Positions 18,883 to 28,539 of a DNA stretch of 64,000 nt are shown one piece after another. The first letter of the stretch is position 1; every line of letters starts with the position of its first letter. The stretch is taken from assembly GCA_903889905.1 (NCBI GenBank), contig CAISZI010000048.1, positions 5,881 through 69,880 of the forward strand, read 5' to 3'. A model generated the notes under the pieces. That model did no database searches. It saw only the letters and a list, made by a program, of their open reading frames with translations, and was not told the origin of the DNA. Source of the DNA: Candidatus Wirthbacteria bacterium (GTDB taxonomy: Bacteria > Patescibacteriota > CG2-30-54-11). The position numbers were made by a program, and so were the translations under genes.

Positions 18883-19433
18883 TCAGTTCACCCCAAACAG
18901 CCTCCCAATCGGGAGGCTGTTTGGGGTTAGTAATAGCATCGTACCAAGCAAATAATACCCGAATCTAATCCTTTTTCTTTTTGGTCTTGGGCGTATTTGC
19001 CATTGCAACTTGGTTGGGCGCTTGTCTTCAACCGGCACTTTATCCATCAGTCCAATCATCAGCAACATCACGTGCGCACCGAGCGCTGTGCCAAACCCGA
19101 CCAACAAGGCTTTGGCATAGTCTCCGCTCATACACCAGATGGCCAATTTGGCACCCGCTAAGGCAAATGCCATCGACATCAGCAACGTTATCAGAAACAA
19201 ACTGATATCCAAGCTGGTCACGTTGGCGGACGTTTTGAACCGGACAACCATTCTGAAGACGATCCACGCGCCGACAATGGCCAAGACATCCCGTCATGTG
19301 ATCAATCCGTCTTTGTTATAATTAAAAGACCAGAAAAACAGGCAGGTAAAAACAACACGTTCCATCAAGCCCAACCAACAGCGCAAAAATAAAAGCCACT
19401 GCCAGCGCATACACCTTGTCCAACCCCATTGCA
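18883..19433 (-). pseudogene. possibly disrupted MntP/DUF204-like membrane protein gene (42-codon N-terminal piece plus 133-codon piece in different frames)
   Basis: Small ORF MDFGLIAMGLDKVYALAVAFIF.. with AAGGAG Shine-Dalgarno (about 19305-19433), then stops in all frames, then a 133-aa ORF with a second ..LLMSMAFALAG.. motif that reads through the terminator hairpin. Weak resemblance to the two SMDAFA repeats of MntP. Confidence 0.2.
18890..18925. terminator. perfect 15-bp-stem hairpin, bidirectional terminator between ppsA and the convergent membrane ORF
   Basis: ccccaaacagcctcc-caatcg-ggaggctgtttgggg. Confidence 0.55.
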
Positions 19434-19662
19434 ATCAATCCAAAATCCATCCCCACTCCTTTATTAGGAAATAAACACATGGCAATCATATAAACAAAGA
19501 AGGTGTGATTCCAGTCAGTTGATTGGTGTTCTCAATCGTCACTACTTCGCCAAAACAATAAACCGAACTTTTCACGCCGAGTTGGAGGCTGTTTTGATAC
19601 TCATTGTCTTATCTTCACCATTGTGATAACTTTATCGGTTGTAATTTCCTAACACATGGAGC

Positions 19663-21114
19663 TTGGGCATGCAGGACAAATTAGCGAAAGTGGTCTGTAC
19701 TATCGGACCGGCGTCGGAAAACGAACGGACCATCCACGAGATGTACCTCGCTGGCATGAACGTCGCCCGCTTTAACTTCAAACACGGCGACCACAAATGG
19801 TTTGAGGCTGTGATCAAACGGATCCGCAACGTTGCCAAAAAAGTTGGCGAACCGATTGCCATTTTGCAGGACTTGCAAGGTCCTGACATCCGCACCGGCA
19901 AGCTCAAAGACGGCCAGCCAGTTGAACTCGTGGCTGAGCAGCCTTTTTTTATGACCACCAAAGTCATCATCGGCGACCACAATGGCGTCTCCGTCTCACT
20001 CACCAACCTCGACAAACATGTACGCGAAGGCGATACCGTGCTGATTGACGACGGTTCGATCAACCTCATGGTTGACCGCGTCACCAAAGACCTGATGCAC
20101 TGTGTCGTGGTCAAAGGCGGCCCACTGGGTCAGCGCAAAGGCATCAACATTCCCGGCAAACGCCCCAATATCAAGGCTTTGCACCCCAAAGATTTTGCCG
20201 ACATCGACTTTGGCGTGAGCCAGGGCATTGAGTTCATTGCCATGAGCTTTGTCCAGAGCGCCAAAGACGTCGCCGCCCTGCGCGCCTACCTCGCCAAAAG
20301 CACCAATCCCCATGCCCTCCGCATCAAAATCATCTGCAAAATTGAATCCATGGGCGGCATCGACAGCCTGGACGAAATCATTGACGCCGCCGACGGCATC
20401 ATGGTGGCACGTGGCGATATGGGCATCGAAATCCCCCTCGAACGGGTACCAATCATCCAAAAAGAAATCATCGCCAAATGCAACGCGCTGGGCAAACCCG
20501 TGATCACCGCCACGCACATGCTGGATTCCATGGAACAAAACCCGATCCCCACCCGCGCCGAAGCCTCCGACGTTTCCAATGCCATCCTCGATAACACCGA
20601 CGCTGTCATGCTCTCCGGTGAATCCGCCAACGGCAAATACCCGGTAGAAGCAGTCAAAACCATGTCGCGCATCGTCAAATACACCGAAGAACAAATCCGC
20701 GAAGGTTCGGTCGAACGCCGCGTCTGGGATACCCACAACCATATGGACACCACTGAAGCCATTGCCATGGCCGCCGTTGATCTGTCTGCTGGCATTAATG
20801 CCAAATTGATCCTGACCCTCACCGTAACTGGCCGCACCACCAGGTTAATCGCCATGCACCGCCCTGAAGTCCCCGTGGTCTGTGCCTCTATGGACGACCT
20901 CGTCATCCGCCAGATGATGCTCGTCAACCACGTCATGCCTGTGTACGTCAAAGTGAAATCCAAACCCAATTTCCACGCCATGATGGACGAAGCGGTGACG
21001 ATCCTGAAACAAAAGAAAATCCTGAAAGCCGACGACATGATCGTGGTCACCGTTGGTATCCACGGCGGCAACGAACCCGGTATGACCAACCTCGTGATCG
21101 CGCACAAAGTCTAA
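19663..21114 (+). CDS. pyk: pyruvate kinase
   Basis: ..VVCTIGPAS..MNVARFNFSHG..MVARGDMGIEIP.. Confidence 0.85.
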   Translation: MGMQDKLAKVVCTIGPASENERTIHEMYLAGMNVARFNFKHGDHKWFEAVIKRIRNVAKKVGEPIAILQDLQGPDIRTGKLKDGQPVELVAEQPFFMTTKVIIGDHNGVSVSLTNLDKHVREGDTVLIDDGSINLMVDRVTKDLMHCVVVKGGPLGQRKGINIPGKRPNIKALHPKDFADIDFGVSQGIEFIAMSFVQSAKDVAALRAYLAKSTNPHALRIKIICKIESMGGIDSLDEIIDAADGIMVARGDMGIEIPLERVPIIQKEIIAKCNALGKPVITATHMLDSMEQNPIPTRAEASDVSNAILDNTDAVMLSGESANGKYPVEAVKTMSRIVKYTEEQIREGSVERRVWDTHNHMDTTEAIAMAAVDLSAGINAKLILTLTVTGRTTRLIAMHRPEVPVVCASMDDLVIRQMMLVNHVMPVYVKVKSKPNFHAMMDEAVTILKQKKILKADDMIVVTVGIHGGNEPGMTNLVIAHKV

Positions 21115-21216
21115 TTTCGTCGTCAATTTCCCTTGCCAATTCACCTTAGTGTAAGATGAAGCTTGCCCTGAGGCTTTGCGAAGGGTCGAGGCGTTTTGGT
21201 TTCAAGAACTTCGTCC

Positions 21217-21296
21217 GTCATTGCGAGAAGTCTGCGACGCGGCAATCTCTCTTTTTTACAAGTTTGCCACGCCCCGCCGACGTGGCTCGCAATGAC
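21217..21296. repeat. palindromic intergenic element, copy A (11-bp terminal inverted repeats GTCATTGCGAG...CTCGCAATGAC)
   Basis: Arms at 21217-21227 and 21286-21296; interior imperfectly self-complementary with a central T-run. Related to copy B at 53498-53584. Confidence 0.6.
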
Positions 21297-21394
21297 AGCC
21301 TAAAACAGATTCCCCTCCGTTTTACAAACTTTATGAACTCGATTTCATTAGCTACGTCCTGCGTAGCTTCTTAGCGTAGAAGGATTATAACTTT

Positions 21395-21847
21395 ATGACA
21401 AATCCCCATCTGATTACATTCTCCGACGGTGGCGCGCGCGGCAATCCTGGGCCAGCCGGGGCTGGTGGTGTGGTGTTGGCGGAGGACAAACAAACAGTGC
21501 TCAAGGAAGTCTCTGTTTACCTCGGCCCCATGACCAACAACCAGGCGGAATACTGGGGTTTGATTAAAACCCTGGAAGTGGCGGTATTACTCAAGCCTGC
21601 CACGATCACCTGCCACCTTGACAGTGAATTGCTGGTCAAACAAATGAAGGGTGAATACAAGATTAAAAACGCCGAGCTGCAAATCCTGGCCAGCCAAGCC
21701 AAAACCATCATCAGCGGCCACCAGGTCAAATTTATTCATGTCCGCCGCGAATACAATCAACATGCCGACCAACTCGTCAACAACGCCATTGACTTGGGTC
21801 TGAGCGGCAAACTCAAACCTGCGGTGGCTGCCTCCACCTTATTTTAA
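21395..21847 (+). CDS. rnhA: RNase H (type 1, RNase HI-like)
   Basis: ..FSDGGARGNPGPAG.. and ..NNQAEYWGLI.. then ..HVRREYNQHADQL.. (DEDD catalytic residues in order). 150 aa. Confidence 0.7.
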   Translation: MTNPHLITFSDGGARGNPGPAGAGGVVLAEDKQTVLKEVSVYLGPMTNNQAEYWGLIKTLEVAVLLKPATITCHLDSELLVKQMKGEYKIKNAELQILASQAKTIISGHQVKFIHVRREYNQHADQLVNNAIDLGLSGKLKPAVAASTLF

Positions 21848-21858
21848 TACCAAACGAC

Positions 21859-22617
21859 ATGCCCAAACCCAAGGTGATCGTCGTCCTGCCTGCCTACAAT
21901 GCCGCCAAAACTCTGCGCCGTACCGTGGCTGATATTCCCCGCGACAGCGTCGATGAAATCCTGCTCGTCGATGATTTCAGCCGCGACGAAACACTTGCAG
22001 TGGCCAAAGACCTCAATTTGACAACCGCCCGTCATGACCGCAACCAGGGTTATGGTGGCAACCAGAAAACGTGCTACACATTAGCACTCGAGCACGGTGC
22101 CGACATCGTCGTCATGCTCCACCCTGACTACCAGTACGATCCCAGATTGATCCCGTACTTTGTCAATTTTATCCGCGACGGTTACTTTGATGTCATGCTC
22201 GGCTCGCGCATTCGCAGTCGTACTGAAGCCCTCGCGGGCGGTATGCCGGCGTACAAATACTACGCCAACCGGACGCTGACTTTTTTTGAGAACCTGGTTT
22301 CGGGCCAGAACCTCTCGGAGTGGCACACTGGCATGCGGGCGTACAAGGCGGACGTGTTGCGCGCCATTGATTTTGATCGCAACTCCAATGATTTTGTCTT
22401 TGATACCGAAGTTTTATTTCAGATCATCGGGCATGGCTTCAAAATAGGCGAAATCCCGGTGCCCGTGCGCTACTTTGCCGAGGCTTCTTCCATAAATTTC
22501 CGGCGCAGTTTACAATACGGTCTGCAAACCCTGCGCGTCGCGTTGCACTACCTGACCCAATCGCCCCGTTACCGTCGCGCCACTCACCATACCCAAACCA
22601 AAGCAAAACATCTTTAA
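21859..22617 (+). CDS. GT2 glycosyltransferase, polyprenol-phosphate sugar synthase-like (Dpm1/Ppm1/ArnC-type)
   Basis: VIVVLPAYNAAKTL..DEILLVDDFSRDET.. DxD-type GT-A N-terminus. 252 aa. Confidence 0.75.
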   Translation: MPKPKVIVVLPAYNAAKTLRRTVADIPRDSVDEILLVDDFSRDETLAVAKDLNLTTARHDRNQGYGGNQKTCYTLALEHGADIVVMLHPDYQYDPRLIPYFVNFIRDGYFDVMLGSRIRSRTEALAGGMPAYKYYANRTLTFFENLVSGQNLSEWHTGMRAYKADVLRAIDFDRNSNDFVFDTEVLFQIIGHGFKIGEIPVPVRYFAEASSINFRRSLQYGLQTLRVALHYLTQSPRYRRATHHTQTKAKHL

Positions 22618-24374
22618 TGGCATCAATCCAACCGTTTTTCCGACGCCTCAAACAGTCCAGCCAAATCTGGGTACCGCTTGTCTTGCTCAGTTTGATTGGC
22701 GTCGCCATCTATGGCAAGACCATTGGTTTTGACTTCACGAACTTTGACGACCGCGTCTTGATCGTGCTCAACTTTGGCTTTATCCGCAACCTCGGCAACA
22801 TCCCGGCCGCTTTCCAGCAGAATGTGTTTCATTTTGTCCATGGCGCTGCCGTGTATTATCGTCCGTTGCTTACGCTCAGCTTCATGACTGACGTGCAGTG
22901 GTCAGGCCAGTCCCCCTGGGGCTATCACCTCACCAACCTGGTCATCCATTTACTGACCGGTAGCCTCATTTATCTGCTCCTCCGCAAACTCAACCACAAA
23001 GCAGGTGTCGCTTTCCTGATTGCCTGCCTCTTCATCGTTCATCCGGTGCTCACTCAAGCCGTGGCCTGGATTCCCGGCCGCAATGACTCCATGCTGGCCC
23101 TGATCGTCGTCGCCACGTTTCTGGTATTCCAGAGCTGGCTCGAACATCCCGGAGTCATTTCAACCCTGATCTTGCTCGTCTTGTCCACGCTGGCTTTTTT
23201 TTGCAAGGAGTCAGGACTGCTGCTGCCGGTCATGTTGCTCCTTGATCAGGTGATGCTCTCCAAGCGCAAACCCTGGGACAAATATTCGATCATTTTTTAC
23301 CTGGCGCTGCTCACGATTCTGGTCGGCTACTGGTTTGCCCGTACCTATGCGCTCCAGGACACTTTTCCCGTGCAAATGAATTACATGGTTACTTCGCTGC
23401 AGGAAAACATGCCGGTGATTGTGCCGTTTCTGGGCCAGATTGTCTTCCCGTTCAAACTGCAGGTTCTACCCATCCTGAAAGTCATGAATTTTGTCTATGG
23501 CTACGCTGCGATTGCCGTCATCAGCGTGGTTATATTGTGGGGACGCAATAAAAACTGGCGCCGCATCGGTTTTGGCTTAGTGTGGTTTATTGTCTTTCTC
23601 CTGCCGGCGATCGTCAAAGACAGCCCCACCAATATCAACGAACTCGAACACCGCCTCTATTTGCCACTGATTGGTCTGCTGCTGGTGCTGGTAGAATTGC
23701 CCTGGATCAAAAACTTCAGCTGGTTGCACACCCCAAAGTCAACTGCCAGCGACAAGCTTGTCCCTGTCTCAAAGCTCCGCTTGCCAACTATTGCCGGCTG
23801 CCTGGCAGCAATCATGCTGGTTGGCCTGGGCGCGATCACGTTTTGTTATGCCGACAGTTTCAAAAATGCGGATACATTTTGGACCAAAGCTGTCCAGACA
23901 ACCCCCAACTATGACCAGGCATTGATGGGATTGGGCGCTACTCTCGAAGCCGAAAACAAACTTGACCAGGCCAAAATTTACCTGACCAAAGCGCTCGCCA
24001 TCAATCCCATGGTGGCCTATGCGCACTTTAATTTGGGCATCCTGTACCAGGGCCAAAACGATTACTTTAATGCCATGCGGGAATACATTGCCGAGACGCA
24101 GGTCGATCCAACCTTTGACCAGGCGCATTACCATTTGGGTGAAATGTACTATCTAACCGGCCACCTTGACGATGCTAAACTCGCCTGGAAAAATGCACTG
24201 ACACTGAATCCGAGCAATGGCATGGCATATGTCAAACTACACAATCTGGCGATAGAGACGCATGACAGTCAACTCTATGCGCAATACCAGGATGTTTTTA
24301 AAAGTTTAAATATGGCACCCCCTACACCACTGACCGCCCCGCTTTCGGCTCCCTTGTCTGCTCCCGCCCGCTAA
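22617..24374 (+). CDS. polytopic membrane protein with C-terminal TPR repeats (TMTC/DUF1736-like, putative GT-C glycosyltransferase)
   Basis: About 9-11 TM helices with a first-loop FDD motif, then 4-5 TPR repeats (..AYAHFNLGILYQGQNDYFNAMREY..). Confidence 0.65.
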   Translation: MASIQPFFRRLKQSSQIWVPLVLLSLIGVAIYGKTIGFDFTNFDDRVLIVLNFGFIRNLGNIPAAFQQNVFHFVHGAAVYYRPLLTLSFMTDVQWSGQSPWGYHLTNLVIHLLTGSLIYLLLRKLNHKAGVAFLIACLFIVHPVLTQAVAWIPGRNDSMLALIVVATFLVFQSWLEHPGVISTLILLVLSTLAFFCKESGLLLPVMLLLDQVMLSKRKPWDKYSIIFYLALLTILVGYWFARTYALQDTFPVQMNYMVTSLQENMPVIVPFLGQIVFPFKLQVLPILKVMNFVYGYAAIAVISVVILWGRNKNWRRIGFGLVWFIVFLLPAIVKDSPTNINELEHRLYLPLIGLLLVLVELPWIKNFSWLHTPKSTASDKLVPVSKLRLPTIAGCLAAIMLVGLGAITFCYADSFKNADTFWTKAVQTTPNYDQALMGLGATLEAENKLDQAKIYLTKALAINPMVAYAHFNLGILYQGQNDYFNAMREYIAETQVDPTFDQAHYHLGEMYYLTGHLDDAKLAWKNALTLNPSNGMAYVKLHNLAIETHDSQLYAQYQDVFKSLNMAPPTPLTAPLSAPLSAPAR

Positions 24375-24376
24375 CA

Positions 24377-26155
24377 ATGCATTTCCAACAAACTGGACAA
24401 AAAACAAACATGACACTCAGAGCCCGTTGCCAACCCTATCTCGTCATTATTGCGGCTGGTTTTGCCCTTTATGCCCGCACGCTATCGTTTGGTTTCAGTT
24501 TCCTGGACGACAACGCGCTGATTTTGCAAAACTTTCCCTTTATCCGCGATTTCAACAATTTCTTCACAGCGTTTGCGCAGGATGTTTTTCATGTCATGCA
24601 TGGACCGGCCAACTACTTCCGGCCGCTACTGACTGTTTCGCTGATGTGGGATGCACAGTTCAGTGGCCTCAGCGCCTGGGGCTATCATCTGACCAACATC
24701 ATCATTCACCTCGCCACCGTTTGCCTGCTGTACAAACTGCTCAAAACGCTGCAATACCGTGACCAAAGTGCCCTGCTGGTGGCGCTGCTATTCCTGGTGC
24801 ATCCGGTGCTGACACAGGCCGTCGCCTGGATTCCGGGTCGCAACGACTCACTGCTTGCGCTATTTGCCTTGCTGGCCTTCTGGTTGTTTGGCAAATGGCT
24901 AAACTCGCCCCAATGGTCAACAGCTGTGGCGTACTTCATCGCGCTCATGCTGGCGCTCTGGACCAAGGAAACAGCCATGCTCCTGCCATTTTTCTTTGTC
25001 CTCTACCAAGCATTATTTGCCACATTGAAACCATGGACCAAAAAGTCACTGCTGTTCCTGGCCTTGCATCTGCCGCTTCTGGTTCTTTACTGGCAAATGC
25101 GCTCACAGGCGCTTGCCGGAACGTCGACGCCGCTTGGTTTCATGCTGCAATCGCTTTGGCAAAACCTCCCGGCCATTATTCCCTTTGTCGGCAAAATCCT
25201 GTTTCCGTTCAATCTGTCAGTGCTGCCCATCATGCGGGACATGACGTTTACGTATGGTTATATCGCGTTGGCCATGATCGCTGCTGTGCTGATTGTGACG
25301 CGCGGCAAGAACTGGAAGAAGGTCGGGTTTGGCTTGCTCTGGTTTGTCGCCATGCTCGTCCCCTCGTTTATCCGCCCCAATCCCGATGTGCCGGCCGACT
25401 TTATTGAACACCGCATCTACCTGCCACTCGTTGGCATTGTCTTCATCCTGCTGGAACTGCCGTGGATCAAGAACTTGCAGTGGTACAAACCGGCTTCAAG
25501 TAACACCGCTGCTCAAAGCAGTCATCCTGAGCGCAGAGACCTGTCCACCGAAGCCTCGGCGAAGGGGCTAGAATCCTTACTGCTACGTTCCTCTCAAACA
25601 ATGGATAATCCTCAACATAACAATCCCTCCTCCAAAATTTCCCTCACCCGTCGCGCCACCTCCGCTTCTTCCTCCCCTCAGCTCACCCTCCCCGCCTGGG
25701 TTGCACTGACTGTTCTGGGAGTGTTCTTTGCCACCACCCTGGTCTACAGTTCCAATTTCCAGGATCGCATCGCATTCTGGCAAAACGCCGTTCAGAACTC
25801 TCCTGACTACCCGCTCGCGCAGCGCAACCTGGGCGCCATGCTCTACCTCGATGGCCAGATTGACGCCGCCAAACCGTATTACCAAAAAGCCCTTGCGCTC
25901 AACCCGCTGGAACCCATGGCGCACAACAACCTTGGCCTGATTGCCGCGCATCAAGGCAATGCCGCCGAAGCCGAACAACAGTACAAGGACGAACTGGTCA
26001 TTAATCCCAATTATGACGCCGCACATTTCAATCTGGGACTGCTTTACTACAATCTCAAACAATACGACAAAGCCAAAACCGAGTGGGAAGCGACCTTACG
26101 CATCAACCCGGATTATCAGGATGCCAAAACGGGATTAGCGGCTCTGCCCAGGTAA
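24377..26155 (+). CDS. second TM+TPR TMTC-like protein, tandem paralogue
   Basis: Collinear with the previous gene (FLDDNALIL.., ..HPVLTQAVAWIPGRNDS.. conserved). Alternative start at 24410. Confidence 0.65.
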   Translation: MHFQQTGQKTNMTLRARCQPYLVIIAAGFALYARTLSFGFSFLDDNALILQNFPFIRDFNNFFTAFAQDVFHVMHGPANYFRPLLTVSLMWDAQFSGLSAWGYHLTNIIIHLATVCLLYKLLKTLQYRDQSALLVALLFLVHPVLTQAVAWIPGRNDSLLALFALLAFWLFGKWLNSPQWSTAVAYFIALMLALWTKETAMLLPFFFVLYQALFATLKPWTKKSLLFLALHLPLLVLYWQMRSQALAGTSTPLGFMLQSLWQNLPAIIPFVGKILFPFNLSVLPIMRDMTFTYGYIALAMIAAVLIVTRGKNWKKVGFGLLWFVAMLVPSFIRPNPDVPADFIEHRIYLPLVGIVFILLELPWIKNLQWYKPASSNTAAQSSHPERRDLSTEASAKGLESLLLRSSQTMDNPQHNNPSSKISLTRRATSASSSPQLTLPAWVALTVLGVFFATTLVYSSNFQDRIAFWQNAVQNSPDYPLAQRNLGAMLYLDGQIDAAKPYYQKALALNPLEPMAHNNLGLIAAHQGNAAEAEQQYKDELVINPNYDAAHFNLGLLYYNLKQYDKAKTEWEATLRINPDYQDAKTGLAALPR

Positions 26156-26818
26156 TTCAGCTAAATAAGGGATTTGATATTTGCCGTAAAAATCAGGAGG
26201 TCCCTCATATTCTGCTTTTAATTCTTTGGATTTTTGTTCAACCAATGTCCAGTAATTAGGAGTGTTATCCGCTGTCATCCCATTTTCTTCCCAAATGTCG
26301 ATCAGAATATCTTTCCATCCTATCCCAATACCTCGTTCAAAGTAACGCTCGGCAACACAAACGTCTTCATACATCCACAAAACCGTTTCGATTTTCTCTT
26401 TTTTCTCCATGACTGGTTGTAAATTACCTTGCGCATTGCCCTGAGCATGAGTATCAATCCCACCACCACCGGAACAGGCAGCGGTGACAATGGGTGCTGC
26501 CGCCAAGGTAACAACAACCGCAAGCCGTTTCAAAATCCTATCCATCCCTTGTAAACGCACTTGCGTAGCCGCTAAGGCTACATACGCTTCGCAAATGGCC
26601 ACAATAACTTCACCGTTCACTTGATCATACTGCGCGACCGCCCGCTGGTATAATTCCTGGCATGCGTGTTGGACAGTTTGCAAAGCCTGCGCACCATTGG
26701 CTTCAAGTTGTGCGCGCATGGCCATAACACTTGCCACAATCTCTGCTCCATCCAGCACCGGAGTGACTTCTTTATCCATGACGGAAGGACTGTTGGTCAG
26801 TTCCATTGTTCCTGCCAT
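26135..26818 (-). CDS. hypothetical protein, possibly a lipoprotein starting at the internal Met at 26545 (..LAAAPIVTAACSG..)
   Basis: ORF track. Lipobox-like TAAC; the start is ambiguous, and the 3' end overlaps the convergent gene by 21 nt. Confidence 0.35.
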   Translation of the reverse strand: MAGTMELTNSPSVMDKEVTPVLDGAEIVASVMAMRAQLEANGAQALQTVQHACQELYQRAVAQYDQVNGEVIVAICEAYVALAATQVRLQGMDRILKRLAVVVTLAAAPIVTAACSGGGGIDTHAQGNAQGNLQPVMEKKEKIETVLWMYEDVCVAERYFERGIGIGWKDILIDIWEENGMTADNTPNYWTLVEQKSKELKAEYEGPPDFYGKYQIPYLAELPGQSR

Positions 26819-26953
26819 TGGAAAGTATTCCTAATTTATTGCCGGAATGAATTATACCCGAAATTGCCGCTTTTGTTGATTAAATTGTTTGCTCAACTAA
26901 GGAAAGAGAAAGAGCAAGTTCATCCAAGTTATAAATACACCCGGATACGAACG

Positions 26954-26976
26954 TGGCGCCCTTGCAAGGGGCGCCA
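26954..26976. repeat. GC-rich hairpin tggcgccc-ttgcaag-gggcgcca just past a gene end; same CCCTTGCAAGGG core as the DUF559-element repeats
   Basis: Perfect 8-bp stem. Confidence 0.5.
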
Positions 26977-26987
26977 CAGGATGGAAA

Positions 26988-27572
26988 CTACCGACTCAAC
27001 AAGCTGTCAAGCTCCGGGGGGTAGTTCCAGAGCTGGTTGTCCCCCATGGGACATACCTTCCCGTAAACGGGAAGGTTCTGGGTTGGAACCCAGACTTTAA
27101 ACTGTCCGTCTTTGACGGTTATTCTGGATGCAATCGCATCCAACAACTCGTCAGCGACGGACCAACTGGAAAACTGCTCGCGGACGGCCTCGATCGGCAG
27201 TGTCGCCCGCGAGAGAGTTACCGTCTTGGTAACCCATACAGTCAGACACTGGTGACTTAGGTCAACAGTTGGCTCTGGCGTTTGGGTTGCCCCAACAACA
27301 GTCACGTTCACCGTGACGACAATAGCCGTCACGGCGGTGACCGCCACTTGAGTGACCGCTGTCACAGCCACGGGCCGTGGCGTGATAGTGGGGGTGAATG
27401 CGGCCACCCGAGTCATAGCGACCGCGTCCGTCGCGGCCGCTTTTGCGTCCTGGGTAGGGATCCCCACGGACAATGTTGACCCGCAGGCCAACAATATTAC
27501 GAGCAAGATGCTCGTCACAACTAAAAACCACCTTCTCGTCACTTTTTCTTCTCCTTTTCCGGACAGATCCAC
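26988..27572 (-). CDS. hypothetical lipoprotein (lipobox ..LLACGS..), Thr/Val-rich
   Basis: ORF track. Signal-like TM plus Cys; low-complexity TVT repeats. Confidence 0.4.
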   Translation of the reverse strand: MDLSGKGEEKVTRRWFLVVTSILLVILLACGSTLSVGIPTQDAKAAATDAVAMTRVAAFTPTITPRPVAVTAVTQVAVTAVTAIVVTVNVTVVGATQTPEPTVDLSHQCLTVWVTKTVTLSRATLPIEAVREQFSSWSVADELLDAIASRITVKDGQFKVWVPTQNLPVYGKVCPMGDNQLWNYPPELDSLLSR

Positions 27573-27820
27573 CTGGCCCGGAACTTTTGTTTTTTACCCA
27601 AGATTGGCGGATCCCGTATAAGTACTCGGGTTACCCATACTGGATCCGCCAATACGATCATTGCTGCGGTAGTGTTCCATATTTCATCGGCAACATAGCC
27701 ATCAGGGCAGACGCATCGCCTGCCAGACAACCAGGTTGCCATTAGAAACCTATTTTAAGGTGCCCCGCACAGAGTCGGGGCACTATTTTAACATATAATT
27801 TTAGAATGAGTAGTAGTTAA

Positions 27821-27846
27821 CAAAAAGGCAGGTCCGAAGACCTGCC
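27821..27846 (-). terminator. rho-independent terminator of the 145-aa lipoprotein gene
   Basis: ggcaggtc-cgaa-gacctgcc, followed on the minus strand by UUUUU. Confidence 0.5.
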
Positions 27847-27948
27847 GTGAAAATAAACGGAACCACGCCCGCCGTTAGTGTCATGAGGTAAAAGTTATCG
27901 ACGCAGCATGGAAAAAATCGTTACAAAAACACAAAAAAAATACGAAAA

Positions 27949-28386
27949 TTAGTATTTACCTTGTCCATCGCCCATAATATCAAGATTCTCTTCACGCGTA
28001 TAACCACAAGTCTTCTCTATCCCATTATCAAGATAGCAAATCCTGAAATAACGACTTCTGATAGCACCAAAAAGTCTGTCATCATTAAAAGCATTGGCGT
28101 TCAAGAAAGAATTATCGGATATTGTAACTCCCATCCCTTCTTCCACTGTGCCAACTGTTTTACACCATCCACTCGGATCTTCGGTTGCCTGACAATTTGG
28201 ATCCCACAAAGGCTTGTTAGTATGCAACACAATAGCATTTTTACCATTAATACTTGAATCTTCATAAAACCCGGGTTTGACCGTCTGTCCACTACAGGCA
28301 GCTAAGCCAAACTCAGCCGCACCCAACGCCATTGCCACCCTTAACAGAGACGAAACTCTTCTAGGGCTTCTCATTTTCTTCTCCAT
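27949..28386 (-). CDS. hypothetical lipoprotein (lipobox ..GLAACSG..)
   Basis: ORF track. Signal peptide plus Cys; Cys-rich mature region. Confidence 0.5.
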   Translation of the reverse strand: MEKKMRSPRRVSSLLRVAMALGAAEFGLAACSGQTVKPGFYEDSSINGKNAIVLHTNKPLWDPNCQATEDPSGWCKTVGTVEEGMGVTISDNSFLNANAFNDDRLFGAIRSRYFRICYLDNGIEKTCGYTREENLDIMGDGQGKY

Positions 28387-28539
28387 AATTGTAATTAATA
28401 TTATTAATGATGAGTTAAATTATACCATATAATCTCAATAAATATGTAAATTATTTTACACTCAACCTTTCCATTTCCGGCTCACCAGAAATCGTCCCAC
28501 TCCTCTACCCCGCGCTTCCCTTTCATGCTAAACTCATAA

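Noticed and set aside
19996-21107. Two long minus-strand ORFs (248 aa, 273 aa) inside pyk
   Set aside because: Antisense to pyruvate kinase.
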